Assembly: GCA_963750165.1 (NCBI GenBank)
Contig: CAVVPN010000003.1
Location: 1,376,001-1,440,000, forward strand
Source of the DNA: an uncultured Gemmataceae bacterium
GTDB lineage: Bacteria; Planctomycetota; Planctomycetia; Gemmatales; Gemmataceae
Direction of reading: 5' to 3'
Length of the DNA stretch: 64,000 nt
Shown here: in pieces, positions 30,270-40,472 of the stretch
Layout: every line of letters starts with the position of its first letter
Numbering within the stretch: position 1 is the stretch's first letter
The notes under the pieces: model-generated
The model's database searches: none
Told to the model about the DNA's origin: nothing
The model's input: only the letters and a program-made list of their open reading frames with translations
Made by a program: the position numbers and the translations under genes

Positions 30270-30887
30270 TCAGCGCGTGTTCTGCGTCCGGGGCCGGACG
30301 GTTTCAATCGAGCGGTTGATCCACCAGCCGCCGGCCACCCCGAGCATGATGGTGAGCACCAGCAGAATCGTCAGCAGACCGAACACTCGCAACGGCGACT
30401 CCGGGGCCGACAAGGGCTCCCGGGCCGGCGGCGGTTCTTCCAGCCGGTCGGGTGGCTCCAGGGACATGCTGGTGATGGCACCCCCCGGTCGGCCCGTGGA
30501 GGGCTCGTCCAGTACGATGGGGTCGAGCACTTCCAGCGGCTCGTCGCTGCTGGGTGAGGAGGGCGGCGGAGCCACGGCCGGCGGAGGTTGTGGCGGGGCG
30601 AGAGGCGACGGCGCTGTCAGGGCAGGGTTGGCCGCCGGCGCCAGCGCAGGGTTGGCCGCCGGCGTGGGAGCCACCGGGCCGTTCGGCGGCGCGGCTTCCG
30701 GGGTCGGGAGCGGTGCCGGCGGTGCCGCCGCGGCTTCAGTCGGCGCAGGCGCGGCAGGCGCCGCAGGCTCTGCGGCCTTCACCTGGAGCTTGAAGCCACA
30801 GGCCGGGCACTTGATATACTTGCCCGCCAGATGGTCCTGCACGCGTAGTTTGCGCTTGCAGCCAGGACAGTGCAGCAGGATGGGCAT
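30270..30887 (-). CDS. Zinc-ribbon, Pro/Ala-rich, C-terminal TM protein
   Basis: CPGC..CPAC at the N-terminus; low-complexity linker; C-terminal hydrophobic helix. Confidence 0.8.
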   Translation of the reverse strand: MPILLHCPGCKRKLRVQDHLAGKYIKCPACGFKLQVKAAEPAAPAAPAPTEAAAAPPAPLPTPEAAPPNGPVAPTPAANPALAPAANPALTAPSPLAPPQPPPAVAPPPSSPSSDEPLEVLDPIVLDEPSTGRPGGAITSMSLEPPDRLEEPPPAREPLSAPESPLRVFGLLTILLVLTIMLGVAGGWWINRSIETVRPRTQNTR

Positions 30888-30907
30888 GCGCCACTCCGCC
30901 AGGGGGT

Positions 30908-31237
30908 TCAGCGGTAATCTTCACGGATCGGGTAGAAAATATCCAGCGCTTCCACCGGTTCGTCCAGGGCGACGACCTTGTGGGCCACGCCACCGGGGAT
31001 GCGAAACAGGTCGCCGGCTTGCAGCGTCTTCTCCTCGCCGCCGATGTGGAACACCGCCCGGCCCTTGAGGACCACGCCCACCTGTTCGTGCGGATGGTGG
31101 TGTTCCTCGACGACCGCGTGTGGCTCCAGCCGGGCCAGCGACAGCATCATCCGGTCGGCGACGCAGGTCTGCACCGTCACGCCGGGGAAGATGTTGTGGC
31201 GGGAACACTCGTCGGCGGTGGGGAAATACTGGCTCAT
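30908..31237 (-). CDS. Cupin domain protein
   Basis: HHHPHEQVG..IPGGVAH..DIFYPIREDY. Confidence 0.9.
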   Translation of the reverse strand: MSQYFPTADECSRHNIFPGVTVQTCVADRMMLSLARLEPHAVVEEHHHPHEQVGVVLKGRAVFHIGGEEKTLQAGDLFRIPGGVAHKVVALDEPVEALDIFYPIREDYR

Positions 31238-31271
31238 CAGAGACCCTACCCTGACTTCAGCGAAGAAAGAC

Positions 31272-31306
31272 AAAAACCCTGAGCCGCCGTCGGGGCGGCT
31301 CAGGGT
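31272..31306 (-). terminator. Rho-independent terminator
   Basis: ACCCTGAGCCGCC/GGCGGCTCAGGGT stem with a T5 tail on the minus strand. Confidence 0.75.
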
Positions 31307-31331
31307 CCGTTACCTCCACCCCACACGGCGG

Positions 31332-32524
31332 TCAATTTTTCAGAGCGCCGCGCAACTGGTAATGCATCTCCGCGGTGTTGCGGATCATCAACGACATGGT
31401 CGGCTGTTGGAACGTGATGGTGCCGGTGCCGCCGTTGATCTGCCAGCTGCCCGGCTCGACCGAGTTCATGATGTTCAGGATCAGGCCGTTGACGTTGGCG
31501 TACATCTGCTGTTGATTGATGTACGGGTTGGGGCCCATGGCCACCGGCACGACGAGATCCTGCACCGGATAAGCCCGCGTCACCACCGCGTCCTTCGCCT
31601 TGGCCGGCGTCATCACCTGGACGGCGGCCTCCTTGATGATGAACGTCAGCCCCTTGTCGGCCAGGATTTTTTTCAGGATCGTCCGCACGGTCACCTTCTT
31701 CGGCAGCTTGAACGTCACCTTGTCGGTGTCGTATTCAACGCCGGCTTCCTTCAGCGACACCTCATCAATGGAGACGATGAGGTTGGTCTTTTCCTGGATC
31801 ATCTCGATGGCTTCCTTGAGCGTGACCTGATCAAAGTTGGGCGTCATCACGGAGTTGAGGGCCTTGAGCATTTCCAGCTCGGCCTTGGTGTACTTGGACC
31901 GAATATCCCGCTCGGTGGCCCTCACGAACCGTTCCGTGAAGGGCTTCTCCTCCATGTTGCTGTACGTCCGGTAAATGTCATTCGTGATGTTGACGGTGGA
32001 CTGTTCACGCTGGTTCTTGAGGCCGCTTTGCACCATCAGCGTCTTGTTGCCCTGGTTGATGAAACTCCCCGCCTGGCCGGTGACGCCGGTGCCCTGCGAC
32101 CGGTCAATGCCCTGCCCGCCCTTGGCCTTCGTCTGCTTGATGAGCCTGGCCGCGGCCTGTTTGGACTCCAGCTCCGCCTGCACGGCCTGTTCGCGGGCGA
32201 TGGCGTCCAGGGCGGTGAGCCGGGCCTGGACCTGCCGCTGCAGTTCGGCGCGTTCGGGCTCGCTCAATTCGCTCGCACCCTCCACGCGGGCCAGGGCGGT
32301 CTGCAACAGACTCCGCGCCCCTGCGGGTTGGTCTTCTGCAGCTGGAGGGCGCCCGCGATCAACCCCTTCACGTCCGACTGCAACTTTTGCGAACCCAGAT
32401 CGGTCTTGGCCTTGAACTTTTTCAGGTAATCGTCGGCGCACAGCGTGGCACCGCCGCACAGCAGCACGGCGAGGGCGCAGACGGCCCCGAACACCAGGGA
32501 TTTCGGCAGGCGGACGGCTGACAT
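31332..32524 (-). CDS. Exported protein with secretin N-terminal (STN/N-domain)-like region; apparent frameshift near 32320
   Basis: Signal peptide in ORF 32264-32539; FDQVTLKEAI..TRAYPVQDL..SVEPGSW..GGTGTI..LMIRNTAEMH; no secretin barrel. Confidence 0.7.
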
Positions 32525-32645
32525 GATGATGCTCCTCATGTGCTTGGGGTTGGGCGCACCCTCTCCCCCTATCCTTATTAACGTACCCCGGCCGGCAACG
32601 TTTAGCCAGAGAAAAAAAAGAAACCCGGAACGCCCGCACAGATTC

Positions 32646-34124
32646 TCAACGGCGGAGCAGCGCGAGAAAGCGCTGGTAGGGCTCTTGCCATGCCTGTGGG
32701 TTGTGCGGCGTGTACTCGCGTACCTCCACCGAGCGCCGCACCACCTCGCGCCCCTGCGCCAGCGAGCCGATCAGCCGCAGCCCCAGCGCCTGCACCAGCA
32801 CGTTGCCCAGCGCGGTCGCCTCCACCGGCCCGGCCAGCACTGGCCGGTCGCAGGCGTCTGCCGTGAACTGGCACAACAGCGCGTTCTGACTGCCGCCGCC
32901 GACGACGTGGATCACCTCCACCTGGCGGCCCAGCAGTTCTTCGAGCCGCTCCAGCACCCAGCGGTAGCGCAGCGCCAGACTCTCCAGGGCGCAGCGGACG
33001 ACGGCGCCCGGTTCGGCCGGCGCGAGCTGACCGGTGCGGCGGCAGAACTCCGCCAGCGCCGCGGGCATGCTCGCCGGCAGGATGAAGGTGGCGTCGTCCG
33101 GATCGACCAGGCTGGCGAACGGCGGCGCCACCTCGGCCAGCCGCATCAACTCCTCGTAGTTAAAATCGTGGCCGGAACGCTCCCACGCCCGGCGGCACTC
33201 CTGCACCAGCCACAGACCCATGACGTTCTTGAGCAGGCGGACGGTGTTGCCGACGCCGCCCTCGTTGGTGAAGTTGCACGCCTGCACCTGTGGGTTGACC
33301 TGCGGCCCCGGGATTTCGACGCCCATCAGCGACCAGGTGCCGGAACTGATGTACGCCCAGGACGCCGCTGACGCCGGCACCGCCGCGACTGCCGCCGCCG
33401 TGTCGTGCGTCGCCGGCGCGATCACCGGCACGCCCACCAGCCCCGCCTCCGCCGCCACCGACGGCCGCAGCGGTCCCAGCACCGTGCCCGGCGGCACCAG
33501 TGTGCCGAAGATTTTGTCCGGCAGCCCAAACGCCCGCAGCAGGTCGCGCGCCCAGGTGCGCGTGTGCGGGTCGATCACCTGACCGGTGCTGGCATCGGTG
33601 TATTCGTTGACCTTGATGCCCGTCAGGAGGTAGTGGAACAGGTCCGGCATGAACAGTAGATGTTCGGCCACGTCCAGCAGCGGCGAACGGTCGCGCTGCA
33701 GCGCCAGCAGCTGGAACAGCGTGTTGAAGCGCATGAACTGGATGCCCGTCTGCCGAAACACCTCGTCGCGCGACACACGCTCGAAGGCGGTGTCGAGAAT
33801 CGTTTCGGTGTGCGGGTCGCGGTAGTGGCGTGGGTTGCCGAGCAGCGTACCGCCGCGGCCCAGCAGCGCGAAATCGACGCCCCAGGTGTCCACGCCGAGG
33901 CCGTCCACGCCGCCGTGCTCCGCGGCACACTTGCGGCAGGCGGTCAGGAGGTCGCCGTGCAGCCGCAGCACGTCCCAGTGCAGCGAGTCCAGGGTGCGCA
34001 CCGGGCCGTTGCCGAAACGGTGGACGACTTCGAGGCGGAGGCGGTCGCCGTCGAAGTGGCCGATGATGCCGCGGCCGCTCTCGGCGCCGAGGTCGAACGC
34101 GAGCAGTTTCTTGGTGGCGGACAT
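32646..34124 (-). CDS. rhaB: Rhamnulokinase family carbohydrate kinase
   Basis: FDLGAESGR, DTWGVDF, HDTA, ISSGTWSLMG, FTNEGG, LKNVMGLW, GPVEATALGN. Confidence 0.9.
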   Translation of the reverse strand: MSATKKLLAFDLGAESGRGIIGHFDGDRLRLEVVHRFGNGPVRTLDSLHWDVLRLHGDLLTACRKCAAEHGGVDGLGVDTWGVDFALLGRGGTLLGNPRHYRDPHTETILDTAFERVSRDEVFRQTGIQFMRFNTLFQLLALQRDRSPLLDVAEHLLFMPDLFHYLLTGIKVNEYTDASTGQVIDPHTRTWARDLLRAFGLPDKIFGTLVPPGTVLGPLRPSVAAEAGLVGVPVIAPATHDTAAAVAAVPASAASWAYISSGTWSLMGVEIPGPQVNPQVQACNFTNEGGVGNTVRLLKNVMGLWLVQECRRAWERSGHDFNYEELMRLAEVAPPFASLVDPDDATFILPASMPAALAEFCRRTGQLAPAEPGAVVRCALESLALRYRWVLERLEELLGRQVEVIHVVGGGSQNALLCQFTADACDRPVLAGPVEATALGNVLVQALGLRLIGSLAQGREVVRRSVEVREYTPHNPQAWQEPYQRFLALLRR

Positions 34125-34218
34125 GGTTTCTTCTCCCAGGGGGTGGGGAGCATTCTATGCCCCGCGGTGGCGAGCGGCGCGGACCGTCAAACTCGCACGT
34201 TCTGGGCTATGCTTGTCC

Positions 34219-35712
34219 ATGAGCACACCCGCGCAACCGACACAACCCGGCTGCAAAGAAATCACTGCGGTCGCCGCCGGCCTCGCCGCACTCATGGCGC
34301 TGCAACTGGTGCTGGCCAATGCGCTGTATCTGTTTCATACCCATTTCTGGCTCGACGAACTGTTCACCTACGCCATCGTCGCCGACCCGGATGTGCCGCA
34401 CTCACTGGAAGCGCTGGCCGGTGCGGTCGATACCAATCCGCCGACGCTGCACCTGCTGTTGCGCGGCTTCTCGACGCTGCTCGGCGGCCCCGGCGAAGTG
34501 GCGTTTCGCAGCTTCGCGCTGCTGGCGATGTTCGCCGCATTGCTCGGCATCTACCTGGTGCTGCGCGATCTGTTTCCACTACTGCCGGCGCTGGTCGGTG
34601 TGCTGGCGGTATGGTGCCATCCACTGATCCTGCGACATGCGTTCGAGGCGCGCTTCTACGGCCCCTGGCTCGCCGGCCTGGTGTGGTACGCCTACTTCCT
34701 GGCGCGGTCGCTGCGGGCGCCGCGGCAGTTCGGCTGGCTGGCGGCGGTGGCCGTGGCATCCGTCTTTGTGTGTACCATCCACTATTTCGGCATCATCACG
34801 CTGGGGCTGGTCACGCTATTCGAGCTGTGGGCACACCGGCCCTGGGGCAAACGCTCCCTCCGCCCCCTGGTCGCGGTCGCCTGCGGGCCGCTGGCGCTGG
34901 CCGCGTGCCTGCCGTTCTATTTCGGCCAGCGCGCGGCGCTGACTGTCGGTACCTGGTGTCCGTCGCCGGACTTGCTGGGGACCGTCGGCGGCCTGGCGCC
35001 GCTGCTGGTCGTGCTCTGCCTGTTCGGCCTGCGCGGTCTGTTCGCCCGGCACCTGCCCGCCGGCCGCGACCCCGGCGCCGTGCTCGGCCTGGTGGCGCTG
35101 GCGCTGCTGCCGGCGGCGCTGACGGTGTTCTCGCTGACCGTGCAGCCGGCGACCATGGCCCGCTACGTCCTGCCCGCGCTGGCGGCGCTGGCGCCGCTGG
35201 CGGCCTTCGTCTGCGTGCTGCTGCCGCGGCCGGTCCGCATCGGCCTGGGCCTCGGACTCGCCGTCGCTGGCGCCTGGGGCCTGCACGACCTGGCCAACCT
35301 CTACCGTGACCGCGACCGCCAGACCGACGAACTCATCGCCGCTGTCCGCGAACTGCCGCCGGACACGCCGGTCGTGTTCGAGTACACCAACACGCTGTAC
35401 GCCCTCGACCACTACGCGCCGGACCTCGCCGGCCGCTGTTACTTCCTCGACTTCGAGCGCGATCAGCTCGAACACGCCAGCAACCACCGCGTCACCACCC
35501 GCGACGTGGCCCGGCAGTACACGAAGTTCCGCGGCCGCCCCGGACTGATGCCCTGGACTGATTTCAAGAGTCTGCCGCGGCGCTACGTGGTCCCCGGCGC
35601 CGAGCCGTCGGAACCGATTGACGAACCGCACACGCGCTTCCCGGGCTTCGCGCTCCGGCAGCACCGGGCGGGGCTTTACGAGTTGACGCCCGCGGCGCAG
35701 GCTTCGCGGTGA
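34219..35712 (+). CDS. Polytopic membrane glycosyltransferase (GT-C/PMT-ArnT-like)
   Basis: FWLDE loop after the first TM, NPP, EARFY, HYFG, ARY; about 10 TM segments. Confidence 0.75.
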   Translation: MSTPAQPTQPGCKEITAVAAGLAALMALQLVLANALYLFHTHFWLDELFTYAIVADPDVPHSLEALAGAVDTNPPTLHLLLRGFSTLLGGPGEVAFRSFALLAMFAALLGIYLVLRDLFPLLPALVGVLAVWCHPLILRHAFEARFYGPWLAGLVWYAYFLARSLRAPRQFGWLAAVAVASVFVCTIHYFGIITLGLVTLFELWAHRPWGKRSLRPLVAVACGPLALAACLPFYFGQRAALTVGTWCPSPDLLGTVGGLAPLLVVLCLFGLRGLFARHLPAGRDPGAVLGLVALALLPAALTVFSLTVQPATMARYVLPALAALAPLAAFVCVLLPRPVRIGLGLGLAVAGAWGLHDLANLYRDRDRQTDELIAAVRELPPDTPVVFEYTNTLYALDHYAPDLAGRCYFLDFERDQLEHASNHRVTTRDVARQYTKFRGRPGLMPWTDFKSLPRRYVVPGAEPSEPIDEPHTRFPGFALRQHRAGLYELTPAAQASR

Positions 35713-36470
35713 CAGAGGACTGACACGCCCTCGCGCCGCAGCACGGCGAGCAGGGAGACGCCCACGGGCAGCCGGCACCAGCGCCAGCAGGCAGGCTTCA
35801 CCATGAAGTGATAAAGCAAGCGATTCAGCCAGCGGCCGGGCACCTTATCCTCGGCCCGCTCTGCCCCCGGCCGCGGCGGAAACCAGCGCCGCCAGAGCCG
35901 CACCAGGGCGATCAGCGGTAGCACCGCCGTGTTGAAGTAGGTGCAATGCAGCAGCCGCAACCCCGGTTGGCCGACGTGAGCCAGTAACTCCTTGCGGACG
36001 TAGCGGCGACGGTGGTGCAGGGCCACGTCCCAGTCGCTCCACAGCCACTTCAGCGCCGGCACCGTGACGACCAGCAGACCGCCGGGCCGCAGCAGCCGCG
36101 TCAGTTCCCGCACCGCCGCAACGGGGTCGTCCAGGTGTTCGAGCACGTCCAGGGCGGTCACCACCGTGGCGGTGCCGTCGGGCAGGTCGATGTGATCGAG
36201 AGCGGTTTGCAGGACACGGCCGCCCACCGCCTCGACGCGCGGCCGGGCCGCGGCAATGCTCTCGGCGTGGTCGTCCAGCCCCACCACCTGGCAGGTCGCG
36301 CTCACCTCTTCGAGCAACGTGCCGGTGCCGCAGCCGGCGTCCACCCACACGTCCTCCGGTTGCAGCGTGAGGTGACGGTCCACCCAGTGGCGGACGATGG
36401 CGCGCTTGCCCTGGTAGAACCAGTGGCGGCGGTCGAGGCGGTCGAGCTTTGCGTATTCTTCGGCGTTCAT
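35676..36470 (-). CDS. Class I SAM-dependent methyltransferase
   Basis: HWFYQGKR, DAGCGTG, LDVLEH, VTVPA..D..HHRRRY; start overlaps the GT2 stop. Confidence 0.9.
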   Translation of the reverse strand: MNAEEYAKLDRLDRRHWFYQGKRAIVRHWVDRHLTLQPEDVWVDAGCGTGTLLEEVSATCQVVGLDDHAESIAAARPRVEAVGGRVLQTALDHIDLPDGTATVVTALDVLEHLDDPVAAVRELTRLLRPGGLLVVTVPALKWLWSDWDVALHHRRRYVRKELLAHVGQPGLRLLHCTYFNTAVLPLIALVRLWRRWFPPRPGAERAEDKVPGRWLNRLLYHFMVKPACWRWCRLPVGVSLLAVLRREGVSVLCHREACAAGVNS

Positions 36471-37411
36471 GAAGACGGCCCCGTCTGATGCACCTGGCGG
36501 ATGAAGTACAGCGGCCGGCGTTTCACCTCGTCGTAGATGCGGCCGATGTACTCGCCGAGCAGGCCGACGCTGAACAGTTGCACGCCTCCCAGGAACAGAA
36601 TCGACACGATGGTGCTGGTGTAGCCGTCCACCACGGGTACGCCGAACAGGCCGACATTCAGCAGCCGGCACGTCACGAGCACCATGCCGTAGAGCATGGC
36701 GAACCCCGCCGTCAACAGCCCCAGGGCCAGGCTGAGCCGCAGCGGCTTGTAACTGAAGCCGAAGATGGCGTCCAGGGCGTAGCGCAGCAGCCGGAAGAAG
36801 CTTTGCTTGGGCTCGCCGGCGGCGCGCTCCGCCCGGTCGTAGTGGACGATGGCCGTCTTGAAGCCGACCCAGGCTCGCAGCCCCGGCAGATAGCGGTTCG
36901 TCTCGGTCAGGCGGTTGATGGCGTCCACCGCCTGGCGGTCGAGCAGGCCGAAGATGCCCGCGTTCAGCGGGATGGGGTAGTCCGACAGGAAGCCCAACAC
37001 CTTGTAAAAGAGCCAGAACAGGCCGCGGCGCAGGCCGGTCTCGGCGCGCTTGCGGCGCTCGGCGATGACGATCTGGGCGCCGTCGCGCCACGCCGCCACC
37101 AGGTCCGCAATAACCCGCGGCGGGTCCTGCAGGTCGCCGTCGATGAGCACGACGGCGTCGCCCCTGGCCACGGACAGTCCGGCCGTCAGCGCCGCCTGGT
37201 GGCCCCAGTTGCGCGACAATTCGACCACCACGACGTGCGGGTCGTCCTGCTGCACGCGCAGCAGCAGCTCCCGGGAGCGGTCGCGGCTGCCGTCATCGAC
37301 GTAGACCACCTCCCAGGGCTCGCCGAGGCCGCCGGCCACGCTGGCGATTTCCTTGTGCAGCCGGTCGATGAGCGCTTCTTCGTTGTAGATGGGGATGACG
37401 ACGGAAATCAT
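36467..37411 (-). CDS. GT2 polyprenol-phosphate glycosyltransferase (GtrB/ArnC-like)
   Basis: SVVIPIYNEE, VDDGSRD, SRNWGHQAA, DGDLQDPP, two C-terminal TMs, GEYIGRIY. Confidence 0.93.
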   Translation of the reverse strand: MISVVIPIYNEEALIDRLHKEIASVAGGLGEPWEVVYVDDGSRDRSRELLLRVQQDDPHVVVVELSRNWGHQAALTAGLSVARGDAVVLIDGDLQDPPRVIADLVAAWRDGAQIVIAERRKRAETGLRRGLFWLFYKVLGFLSDYPIPLNAGIFGLLDRQAVDAINRLTETNRYLPGLRAWVGFKTAIVHYDRAERAAGEPKQSFFRLLRYALDAIFGFSYKPLRLSLALGLLTAGFAMLYGMVLVTCRLLNVGLFGVPVVDGYTSTIVSILFLGGVQLFSVGLLGEYIGRIYDEVKRRPLYFIRQVHQTGPSS

Positions 37412-37774
37412 GACTTCACCTGCTCGGGGAACCGGACGTACCTTCGTCCGGCGGGGGATCAGGTCAAGTCTAGGTCAGCGGGGGGCGGCGGGCGGACTTT
37501 TTCGGCCTGCCCGGTGGCAAGGAGCCGGGGCCGACCAGTTGGCAGATGGTCGCGCTGCCGTCGTGCCGGCGGTTGCCAGGCCGCGCAAGGGCGTCAAGGC
37601 CGTCAAGGGGATCACGGGCCGCGCGTTGCCAACCGGACCTGCCGCGCCCTGCCGGCGGGCGCCTCTCGCTGCCAGGTCGAGCAAGGCCGTCAAGGGCGTC
37701 ATCCGCACGCGAGCCCACCCCGGACCCCCTTGCACCGACTGGCAGCGGAAGGCGTTGCCCCGGTCTGGGGCTCC

Positions 37775-37899
37775 TAGAGCGGTTCCCAGTCGCGTGGACT
37801 ACAAGTCGTGGGACGGCTCTCCAGAGCCGTCGGGAGAACGCTGACGGCTCTGGAGAGCCGTCCCACGACTTGTGCGCTACCCAAACGCGAACCGCTCTA
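37775..37899. mobile_element. MITE-like element with TAGAGCGGTTC termini enclosing a REP doublet
   Basis: TAGAGCGGTTC...GAACCGCTCTA ends; inner GTGGGACGGCTCTCCAGAGCCGTC doublet. Confidence 0.65.
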
Positions 37900-39817
37900 A
37901 CGGTAGACGGTGAGGCTGGGCAAGCTTCGCCGTAGTTCGGCGACGCCGGCATCGGTCACGACGGTGTCAGTGAGACTGAGCACGCGGAGCGCCGTCAGCC
38001 GGGTCAGCGCACAGCCCCCGATCCGTCACGGGCGTGCCGTCCAGGGCGAGATCCTCAAGCGCTTTCAGTGCGGCCACGCCCTTCAGCCCCGCGTCCGACA
38101 CCTTCGACCGCGCCAGGTCCAGGCTCCGCAGGGAGGGCAGCCGGGCCAGTGCGGCGACCCCCGCGCCCGTTACTTCCGTACGGCTGAGGCTCAACCGCCA
38201 TAGGGCGGGCAGCCCGGCCAGGTCCTTCAGCCCGGCGTCGGTCACCCCGGTGCCGTCGAGGGACAGGCCGCGCAGCGACTTCAAGCGGGCGATGTCTCTC
38301 ACCTCCGCGTCGGTCACACGCACGGCCACGAGGGACAGGTCCTCCAGCGCCGTCAGCCTGGCCAGTTCCTTCAGACCGGCGCCCGTCACCGGGGTGGCGT
38401 CGAGGTTCAGCCCCCGCAGGGACCGCAGCCGGGTCAGCCCCTGCAACACCTCGTCCGTGACGTTGGTGTTGCCCAGGTCCAGGTGGCGGAGTGCCTTGCA
38501 CCCGGCCAGTTCCTTCAGCCCCGTGGCCGTGAGGTTGTGGGCGGTGCGCAGGCCCAGCGCTTCGAGCGCCGGCAACTGGGCCAGTTCCTTCACGCCCGCG
38601 TCCGTGACGTCGCTGCTGCCCAGTTCCAGGGCGCGCAGCGTCTTCAGTCCGGCCAGTTCCTTCAGCGCCGCGTCCGACACGTTGGTGCCGAACAGGAACA
38701 GGCCGAAGCCGTGCGGCGGTTGGGGCAATTTCCCGATGCCCCCCTCCGGCCACTGGTCGAACGCGAAGGCCGGCACCCACCCCGGCTCTGCCGCCGCGAC
38801 CTGATTGAGTTTCGCGAACACCGTGACCCGGTCCGGACTCATCCAGCCCACCCGGGCCCCCGCCTGCCGCCAGGCGGCGACGACTTCCGGGGGCAGGGAG
38901 CGCGGCCGTTGGCCCTGGTTGGCCGCGGCGGCCTGCTTCCCGGCGGCGCCACCCTTCGGCGGCGTCGCCGGCCCGCCGGCGATGAGCCAGCCCACCCCGG
39001 CCGCGGAGAACACCAGGACCAGCAGCCCCAGGACGACCCGCGACGGCGCCGACGCACCGACGCCCTGGGCGAGCCGCAAGGCCACGGCGGAGACGCCGCC
39101 GGCGCCCTGTCCGGCCGTGGCCGCCAGCACGGCCGGCGCCGTGGCCGCGGCCAGCGCCGCCGGCACCGCCGCCGCGCCCGGCGCCGCCTGGGCCGCGGCA
39201 AGGGCCGCCGCGAGGGTCAGGCCGCGCCGGGCCAGGCGCTCGTGCAACCGGCGACGGCCCCGCTCCAATCGGCCCTTGACCGACCCCGGCGTCCAGCCCA
39301 GGCGCCGGGCCGCCTCCTCCTGCGGCACGCCTTCCAGGGCACACAGCAGGACCGGCAGGCGGTACGCTTCGGGCAGCAGTTCGACCTCCTCGTCCAGGGC
39401 GGTGAGCAGTTCGCGGCCGGCTACCTCGGCGAGCGGGCCGCGGCCGGGCGCGGGCGGCTCCGGCGAAACCGCGACCGGCCGCGGCTGGCGCAGCACGGCA
39501 ACGGTGAGCGCCTTGCGGGCCACGCGCAGGGCGACGCCGTATAGCCAGCCCGTCAGCCGCGCCGGCTGGCGTAACGCGGCGGCCCGCCGTGCCAGGACGA
39601 GGAACGTGGCCTGAAAGGCGTCCTCGGCGGCGTGATGGTCGCCGAGGACGCGCCGGCAGACGCGCCAGACCATCGGGCCGTGGCGGTGGACCAGCGCGGC
39701 GAAAGCCCGCTCGTCGCGCTGGTCGGCGTAGCACGCCAGCAGTTCGGCGTCGCCGGCCGACGGCGGAGCCGCGCGGCTGCCCAGCAGGTTGATCAGGTGT
39801 GGGAAGTGGGTGTTCAT
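37897..39817 (-). CDS. ECF sigma factor with TM helix and C-terminal leucine-rich repeats; apparent frameshift near 38012
   Basis: RHGPMVWRVCRR..AEDAFQATFLVL..WLYGVA; LPEAYR..GSVKGRLERGR; VTDAGLKELA-type LRRs continue in another frame to the TAG at 37897. Confidence 0.9.
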
Positions 39818-39896
39818 GGGAGTGTCCCTCGGGGTTCAACAGTTTCTGACCAGCAGATACTGCCCCGAAGGGCCCCGACCGCACACGGATTTTTTT

Positions 39897-40017
39897 CTAG
39901 GACGGCAATCCTGACTAGAGTGGACAGAATTCCCTGTGTATTCAGACAGATGGACTAATGAGCACCGCCATTATTCCCTGGGGAACTCCACGGCTCCAGT
40001 CAGGATTGCCGTCCTAG
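39897..40017. mobile_element. 121-bp MITE, copy 2
   Basis: 119/121 identical to 26594-26714; CTAG at both ends. Confidence 0.85.
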
Positions 40018-40028
40018 TTTTTTTCGAC

Positions 40029-40472
40029 TCAGAGCAGGTCAGCCAGCAGCCGCAACGCGGCCGCCGCGTTCGCACGGGCCGCCGCACTCAACCCCTCGCC
40101 CACCTCCGTCCGGGTGATCGCCACCGCGAGCAGCCACGCTGCCGGCACCTTGCCCCACAGGGCCGCCGTCAGCCCGAGGAGCCGGCGCGGCGTGAAATGG
40201 TGCGTCAGCCGCGGGCCGTCCTGCTCCGGGGACAGCGGCTCCACGGTCACGGCGGCGGTCGGGACGTCGGTCAGCCGGGCGTCCACGAAGACCACGCGGG
40301 CCACGTTGAGCAACAGGGCGGCGAGTTCCGGCAACAGTTGTTGTGTCGAAAGTGTCTGGACGTTGGCGATACCCTGGGCGGCGACTGCCCGCGCCACCCA
40401 CGGCCCCACGCCGTCGTCTCCGCGGAGCGGGTTACCGATGCCGATTACCAGCGTTTGTGGATGCGCGGCCAT
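40029..40472 (-). CDS. hoxW: Hydrogenase maturation protease
   Basis: IGIGNPLRGDDGVG, QLLPELA, FVDA, THH; start overlaps the hoxH stop. Confidence 0.88.
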   Translation of the reverse strand: MAAHPQTLVIGIGNPLRGDDGVGPWVARAVAAQGIANVQTLSTQQLLPELAALLLNVARVVFVDARLTDVPTAAVTVEPLSPEQDGPRLTHHFTPRRLLGLTAALWGKVPAAWLLAVAITRTEVGEGLSAAARANAAAALRLLADLL

